From Azolla caroliniana (lineage: Eukaryota; Plantae; Polypodiophyta), in the NCBI GenBank assembly GCA_043228905.1, contig JBHGNT010000847.1, positions 1 to 14,703 on the forward strand: a stretch of DNA of 14,703 bases. Reading direction: 5' to 3'. Made by a program: the position numbers and the translations under genes. Under the pieces are notes generated by a model. It did not search any database and was not told the DNA's origin. It was given only the letters and a program-made list of their open reading frames with translations. Positions 8,701 through 14,703 of this stretch are shown piece by piece; positions within the stretch are counted from its first letter, which is position 1; the number at the start of each line of letters is the position of its first letter.

Positions 8701-11700
8701 ACATTTGGCCTACTTCTCCAAAGAAAATATTCTTTGACTTTTTCTAGCCATATCAGAATTCTGATGCGCTCTGTGCCTAGCTCCTCTAGCACAACTTGGA
8801 CACAACCTCATCAGCATAGTTATAAATTGTAATTAAGTTTTTTGGTTTTGCTTGGTTTGTTGGCATCAATGACACTGTCATACAGACACTCTGTGTTTGT
8901 TGTCTAGTGAGGCACATACAAAATCCAATAGTAGGAACACATATATAAATAAGTGGAAGGCACTCAAATTAGTCATGTGGTATTTAATATAGGATCAGCA
9001 TTCACTTTTTGATTGCCAGAATGCTAGTATAAATCAATATCAAAAACCTGTAGAAGGCAGATAATTTGAGAGTGTCATTGCTATATTGTTTCTTGTTCTC
9101 CATCTCTCTCTGCTTAATTAAAGTGATTAAACAGGTACTTGTCTGGATGAAGTGCCGACTGATTGATCATGATTTACGGAGATAGCACAGTTTATGTTGA
9201 GATTGTGTCTGATTCCTTCCAAACATGTAGCGTGTCTCCACCCTTGAGTGAACTTTGTGTGAAAAAATAAATGAAAAAATATTTTAGTTAATAAATTAAT
9301 AAATGGATCTATATGTTCATATACATATTTAAAGACTAATTTATAAAGGAATAACATCAACTCCATTCACAAAGATAGATAAGAAATATTACAAGCCCAA
9401 ATCAAGTAGATTGCTACTCCAAATTAATAGCACCTTGGTCCAAAAGCACAAAACAAATTGAATGATTGCTGAAAAACACAAATAGCGGGCAAAAATGTAA
9501 AAGAATGAGAGAAATGCTTTACAAACAGTACAATGTCAAACAAATTATTTTTCTGATTCCACATCTTGATGCCATAATTGGCAGATCTGTTCTTCTGTAG
9601 CTTTGTGTGCATATTTGCTTTTCTCAATCTCTAATTATTGTGGAATTTTGAGCGTCTAAAAATTTATTTCGTTTTCTTGAACTCTGTCTCTCTTTGGTTG
9701 CTTTTTACTTCTTACGTTTGACTTTGTTTATGCAGGTAAATCATGTGTTTATTGCCTTTGAAGAAAGGGATTGGAATTACATAAATCAATAACTTTGTTT
9801 CTAAACGAGCCATCCTTGCTTTAAATCCAGGAGCACACAAGAAAAAACCTTCCTTTAGTTTTGGGACAGTAAACAACAAGCAACTACAAAATAAAGTTGA
9901 GCGAAAACTTTCTTTAGCTGAACAGCTTCTAAATCTCACTAAACCAAATGGCTCATCTGATTCAAGTATTAGTTTGCACCACGGATCGAAGAATATGGTT
10001 CCAAGTACAAATATGGCTATTAATCAAAGGCTTCTTCAACTTGTTCAGCATGAGTCAAAATTTAAACCACAGGAGGTAACATAAACTTGCATCATTTTTT
10101 GTAATTTTAAATGGAGTGGTTACCTACATCTAAATAATGTCATGTTTGATGTAAAACGAGCAGGCAAGTGATAATCAAAACAAGTGTAACTCATCTCTCA
10201 AAGTGGACAACTTTGCTGATGGAAATAATAATATCAACCAACAGGATGAAAGGGTATGATGTCTGTCAAAGTCTTAGACAGTCTTTCGTAGGTCCTATTA
10301 TAAATCAGATATAAGATTTAGTTATTTATTCATGGCAAACTTGATGGAGCTCCACCACGTCTTGAAATTTAGGGGTTTTCATGAGAGATATTAACAGAAC
10401 CTTACAAACAACTTGAGATACATATTAACACAAATGTGATTGTTGTTATTTTTATTACTACTATGAGATGTCATTAGTCTACTCAGATTATATCCTAAAG
10501 TTTTAAATGTACAAAGAGAGATTAAATACCAGCATTGCTATACATCACTAGTCCATTTAAATGCAACAATAGTGTGCTCCGTGGTAAACTAAGCGATAAC
10601 ATAATGCTTTGGCTGATAAATATTATGGTGTGAAACGTTTCTTAGCAGTGAGTTCAGTGGGAAATTTGGTTATTTAATGATTGAACTGGCTAACAAGACT
10701 GCTGATGCAAAAACATCTGCATTGGTGCAACATCACTGCCAAACTGTGATTTTAGGGGGAGGAGGTTTTGACATTGTGGGTGGCTCGGGTAATGCAATAA
10801 TTAGTATTTTTATATGCTTTTGTCAGACATTGAAAACTACAGGCTCTATGGATAAGTATACGATCAACAAAAAATATGAGCCAAGACAGAGCATTATCCT
10901 AAATGTGCCTTATCAATACACTAGTGGTTCTGTTGCCAGAAAACGTTTATTCTCTGTTGATACCCAAATTGCAAGCTGTTGGACTGGCAATAAATGATTC
11001 AAATTCATTTTGTGATTCTTGCCTTATTGTTGTATTATAGCTTACTTGTAAGAAGTCATTCACATCATACCTATCAAATGTAAGGCTCCATTCACAGGAC
11101 AACATGCGACTGCAAGCCATAGAACATTTCTATTATTATTCATGCTCAAGTAAAAATGGGCTTTTGATTCTGTAATATTTCATAAATATAACCTTTTCTG
11201 CTACAGTATACTTTTTATGTTTTTGAATGTGCTAATAATATCCAAAAATTAGGAAACACTAAGGCTTCCATAGCTAAAATATTTTCTGATTAAATCAAAT
11301 GGCATTTTTCTCAGGGCAGTCTTACACTGTCACACATCTTGCCTCATGAGAGCATACATCAGAAATTACAAAAAGCTTTGCTAGAAGCTCCCCCTGTAAC
11401 CTTGGAAGATTTAAATGTGCAAGGAAAAGGACAAGCATCAGGGTGAATAGATCTTGTCACATCTCTTGTTATCGTTATTTCTTTTTTGCTGCAGACTAGT
11501 ACCAGGGGCGTGTTTGAAAATTCCTTTTTTGTTGGAAAACAGTTTTGGATTTACAGGACGACTCCAGAAGATTTTAGATCGTGAAAGAAATGATCGGGCT
11601 GCATTCTTGAAAATGTTGCAAACAAAAGATAACAGAACAGGTTTTTTGTTATTTTTAATTTATGTGTTTTTGCAGTTTGTATGTATGCATTCATAATCTA

Positions 11701-13399
11701 GTTATATAAAGATTGTCTTCATATACATCCACTTACAAATTATCTATTCACATGGCCTTTTTGTTTTACGACTGCTGTCGTGAAAGTAAAAACTTACCAT
11801 CTTCATGAACTGGACAATATTCAATAAAGAAGTGGTCTTCATAATAATGGAATTATAACTAAGCAATTTAGTCGCCATATAACTGAATTTCTTGTTGACA
11901 CCTGCTAGTGTCTAGCATGACTGCTTTCAATACTCATTAACTCTATTTGGCCTTTTGGTCATGATATTCCACTGCCTAGGACTAGAACCCTTTCTGAAAT
12001 GGCAATATGCCCATAAATACTCTTTCACAATATTATATTTTTTAGTTTTTTGTAGATTTATTTAAATATTGGGGAAAACGAGAGGATGGACAGGCAGATT
12101 CTTGTGGCAGGCACACAATAAAGAAAAAAGAGATTAATATATTATTAGCTCATGCTCATGCCCTCCTAAACAAGCATATGCAAATACAACATGAACTCTA
12201 GCTCATGTGCTCCTAAGCAAGCAGATTGAAATACAACGCAATGAGTGAACTGAGAGTACCTTAAGGTTTGTTTGCATACACTAGGTTGTTAGATACAGTG
12301 GCTAACCCATCTACCATATTCAATGCAACCCTCTTTTCGTGTAAGGTTTGTTTACATACAGTAGGTTGTTCGATACAATGGCTAACCCATCTACAATATT
12401 CACTGCACCCCCTTTTCTGTGTAAGGGCACTTAATGCTTGTTTATACCTAACTGAGTTATTCTTGACAAGTGTTTTTTGGACGTGTTTCCCCCAAATAAG
12501 GTAGGATATGCTATTTGTAGATTCTTCTAAAAGATGAAAAGTATCTACCAATCATAAGCAAATGGGCAAATACCACTGAGAAGAGACATAATAGGGAGAG
12601 AGTTTTATCTACTTTTCCAAGAACCATGCTAAATATGCCTTAAAAGAAGGTTAATAACTCCATAACATGATACTTGGATAGAAAAATTAGCATCGAAAAT
12701 AGCCCATACAATGCTGAAATAAACCCACTTTTTTGTTCGAAATATTCATGTAGTCAATATCTAAATGTAGGATTATAGGACTACCTCAGAGACAATTTTT
12801 TATTTTGGCATGCAATTGAAATTGCTGTGATGGGATTTTGTCTTCTTACATTCACCCCTATGCGTTCAAGATGTGTAAGTGATTGGGCTTAAAATGTCTC
12901 AAGACTTCGTTTGAAATTGTGCAGGGCAAGGAAACTGCATGGAGCTCAAGATTTGTGACAAATCCTTGGAGGCTCGCTTTGCAGCGTGTGTATGTGAAGT
13001 CCTAAAATCACCTCGAGTAGGTTTTTTTAAAGCATGCATCATATAGTATCATCAGAAGATCTATCGAAATTTAATCTGATGAACCACCTTCTCATCGCAT
13101 AGTATATGTAAACCCCATATGAACTAAAAGAAGAGATGATATAGTATAGTTCTACTTACATGTTTCAGAAATAAATAATATTTTTATAATAAGAACATTT
13201 CTCACACTAATATGCATCAACTTTTCCATGATCAAATTATTAGATGATAGACGTTTTGATATTTTTGCCATTCCTAGAGCTGGCAGGTGGATTGTGGTAG
13301 AGCCCAAACCAATACCAAATTGACGGTGATATTCAACTTGCAAACAAATGCAGACTTGGAACTTGAAGTTGGAAGCATTATTCGGCTCTATCCTCCTTG
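5577..13399 (+). CDS. Multi-exon gene for an uncharacterised protein with a C-terminal SPIDR-like (DUF4502/OB-fold-like) region; 3' end not found in the window
   Basis: Hand-assembled, phase-consistent exons: 5577-5721, 5826-5911, 6526-6571, 7438-7496, 7611-7724, 7824-7989, 9831-10075, 10164-10253, 10827-10970, 11315-11442, 11543(or 11495)-11640, 12925-13016, 13278(or 13287)-13399. Total 1535 nt (511 codons + 2 nt) with no internal stop. All introns are GT-AG except a possible GC donor at 10971. The C-terminus reads GFTGRLQKILDRERNDRAAFLKML...CMELKICDKSLEARFAACVCEV...KLTVIFNLQTNADLELEVGSIIRLYPPW. Confidence 0.8.
5826..5911 (+). CDS. SPIDR-like gene exon 2
   Basis: (D)EENFPDQIVYHDEEHLQNLFSLYNRPEE; strong donor gag|gtatgc at 5912. 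Confidence 0.75.
5915..6085. repeat. Intronic degenerate (TACA)/(AT)/(TG) microsatellite tract
   Basis: Low-complexity catacatata...cacatacactacatacatat...gtatgtgtatatgtac directly after the exon-2 donor. Confidence 0.7.
6526..6571 (+). CDS. SPIDR-like gene exon 3 (46 nt, putative)
   Basis: ggcag|GATGAT...ACAG|gtcacc; DDKYQGASEAHPDET; supplies the phase 0 to phase 1 bridge needed to reach 7438. Confidence 0.55.
7438..7496 (+). CDS. SPIDR-like gene exon
   Basis: ttttcag|...gca|gtatgg; (D)LGQQRVHVFPALPSVQEIA. Confidence 0.7.
7611..7724 (+). CDS. SPIDR-like gene exon
   Basis: tttcag|...aat|gtacgt; DALECANHDNGKQKISDSIRSAQQSTDDLLVHELGTEN. Confidence 0.72.
7824..7989 (+). CDS. SPIDR-like gene exon
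   Basis: tatttcag|...aaag|gtgaca; PFVNQSMELISDVKEVRNLKDAWYNSEVNADLGEMRYHILPPSTMKNKNNLKQQK. Confidence 0.78.
9831..10075 (+). CDS. SPIDR-like gene exon
   Basis: aaatccag|...gag|gtaaca; (G)AHKKKPSFSFGTVNNKQLQNKVERKLSLAEQLLNLTKPNGSSDSSISLHHGSKNMVPSTNMAINQRLLQLVQHESKFKPQE. Confidence 0.78.
10164..10253 (+). CDS. SPIDR-like gene exon
   Basis: gagcag|...agg|gtatga; ASDNQNKCNSSLKVDNFADGNNNINQQDER. Confidence 0.75.
10827..10970 (+). CDS. SPIDR-like gene exon (3' boundary uncertain)
   Basis: ttttgtcag|; TLKTTGSMDKYTINKKYEPRQSIILNVPYQYTSGSVARKRLFSVDTQI. A phase-0 donor is required: GC at 10971 (att|gcaagc) or a weak GT such as 10956. Confidence 0.68.
11315..11442 (+). CDS. SPIDR-like gene exon
   Basis: ttttctcag|...cagg|gtgaat; GSLTLSHILPHESIHQKLQKALLEAPPVTLEDLNVQGKGQAS(G). 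Confidence 0.8.
11543..11640 (+). CDS. SPIDR-like gene exon, start of the conserved region (alternative in-frame acceptor at 11495)
   Basis: aaaacag|...acag|gttttt; (G)FGFTGRLQKILDRERNDRAAFLKMLQTKDNRT. Confidence 0.8.
12146..12240. repeat. Diverged tandem repeat, 53-bp period x2 (intronic)
   Basis: tagctcatg...ctcctaa.caagca...aaatacaac at 12146 and 12199. Confidence 0.7.
12262..12426. repeat. Tandem repeat, 80-bp period x2 (intronic)
   Basis: taaggtttgttt.cataca.taggttgtt.gataca.tggctaacccatctac.atattca.tgca at 12262 and 12342; a third taagg start lies at 12422. Confidence 0.9.
12925..13016 (+). CDS. SPIDR-like gene exon (OB-like region)
   Basis: ttgtgcag|...cga|gtaggt; (G)QGNCMELKICDKSLEARFAACVCEVLKSPR. 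Confidence 0.82.
13278..13399 (+). CDS. SPIDR-like gene exon (OB-like region, PPW motif)
   Basis: ttcctag| (or ggcag| at 13287)...ccttg|gtaatt; SWQVDCGRAQTNTKLTVIFNLQTNADLELEVGSIIRLYPP(W). Confidence 0.82.
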
Positions 13400-14703
13400 G
13401 TAATTGTTCTCTAGGTTCTGCATCTTTTAGATTTCCGTTTGGGTCTTTCCGGCTTCATTTTCTGCATCGTTTGGACGAGGTGAAGTATGAATTGGTGCAT
13501 TTATATTATAAGTAGGGCCCAGGGTTGGTAAAATTTCCAATGTAATGTGCTTATTTGATTTTGTCTGTATGCTTTGTGCTTTGTATGCATTCCCACTAGT
13601 AGTCGTGCTGTCTAGGTGTATAAATGGTTGATCTCTGAAGTGTTTCTCTCTATGTCTAGTTCTCTCTTGAAGGAAGAGCACTAAGAATCTTTGATCATTG
13701 TACTCCGTTACACTATGGAGGGGTCCAAATCCTTCACCAAAGAGATTAGTTTCTCAGATCTCATAATAAACTTGAAAAATATATGAGACCTAACAAGTCT
13801 TTAGCTACGCAAGTAATGGTGTTGTGGAGATCTATCATCAGGCGTGATTTAGAAGATATAGGAACAAGTACCTGACAAAACCAATGGCTTTCTTCAAAGT
13901 GGTTGTGGTAGGTTATGGCAATCCTATGCATGATCTTTTCAAACAACATAATATATTGTGCTCTGAGATATTGCATTTTATCAAAGATTGTCATGCTCTC
14001 AAGCATTGCCAATCACTGTATGAAATAGAATCCACGAGGTAATACCTTGATAGACATATAGAATCTGAGTTCGTGAGGAAGAGTATATTTGGGATCGCTA
14101 CTTGATGGGGCAGGACAATGATCCTTTAAATGGGTTTAAGAAATCTAGAGGATACTTCCACATGGATTAGTATTCCCACAGGAAATTATATTTCAGTAGC
14201 ATTACATGTGACACTGGTGACTTTTGCCTTTATTGTATATTTATTTTTAGAAATATTTTGCCCTCTCTTTGTACAAATTCTCACATATATTACTGGGAAC
14301 ATTTGTCTGTTTCTCACAGACATGGAAATTAAAAGTCACTTGTCTCCATAGTATTCTAGAAATATTGGTTCCGTATTTCACTTATTTTAGATGCATTGGA
14401 TATTCTCCTCGGCTACTCTGTTTCCTGAGTTTGTTATCATATCATTATATGGTATTATTGGGTAGTTCTATGACATAGGTCTTTCCGATTTATGTTTGGC
14501 ATCAATGCAGCTAGTCTTTCTCTTCCTATAGTGTTAGTTATCTCTGCATCCATATGTCAAGACCCTCTTGTGAAGATTCCTCATTCATGCTAGTTTTAGA
14601 GGGAGAAGTTTTATCATCTCACGAATCTTCACAACACACAAGATGGCCTTAACACACTTCACTGTTTCTGTTATAATTGAAATGCTATGTGAGTGAAACA
14701 TAT

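Noticed and set aside
8536-9230. Extra exon candidates in the long intron (DEFKEDESLEFWQ at 8536-8575; blocks near 8748 and 9135)
   Set aside because: They need weak or GC donors or contain stops, and are not required for frame continuity. They cannot be excluded without RNA data.
9736-9830. Strong-looking acceptor ttatgcag at 9735 implying a frameshifted exon
   Set aside because: All frames from it hit stops; the acceptor at 9830 gives a clean phase-1 join.
11790-11860. Perfect minus-strand donor atg|gtaagt suggesting an antisense nested exon
   Set aside because: Only a short frame upstream, with no recognisable product or partner exons.
12262-12426. Repeats considered as a CRISPR-like array
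   Set aside because: Eukaryotic intron; whole units are duplicated with no unique spacers.
13703-13724. ctccgttacactatggaggggt resembling U1 snRNA stem-loop II
   Set aside because: The loop differs from AUUGCAC, and there is no ACTTACCTG 5' end or Sm site at the right spacing.
13427-14478. Short ORFs in the final intron-like region
   Set aside because: No recognisable domains and no consistent splice structure; lengths are compatible with chance.
14602-14680. Candidate last exon (W)EKFYHLTNLHNTQDGLNTLHCFCYN*
   Set aside because: Requires a GAG acceptor 2 nt after a better TAG and shows no convincing motif match; the true last exon is probably beyond the window.

Overview
AT-rich nuclear DNA of a land plant with spliced genes. 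A seed-free plant such as a fern is an inference from the LINE type and the (TACA)n-rich introns. From left to right: (1) the last two coding exons of a PSI light-harvesting gene most like Lhca5 (1-311, +); (2) a repeat-rich intergenic stretch with several local tandem duplications and a 5'-truncated, decayed LINE (zf-RVT region, poly-A tail, 15-bp target-site duplication; 2864-3999, -) inserted into an older A-rich repeat; (3) a large multi-exon gene (at least 13 exons, about 511 codons assembled by hand in one open frame, 5577 to >13399, +) that the ORF track misses almost entirely. This protein has a His/acidic N-terminus, a long low-complexity middle and a C-terminal region resembling the first OB-fold (DUF4502) of the animal homologous-recombination scaffold SPIDR. 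Its last exon was not found in the window. The SPIDR-like gene is the best lead. No clearly novel multi-gene system is supportable from the sequence.
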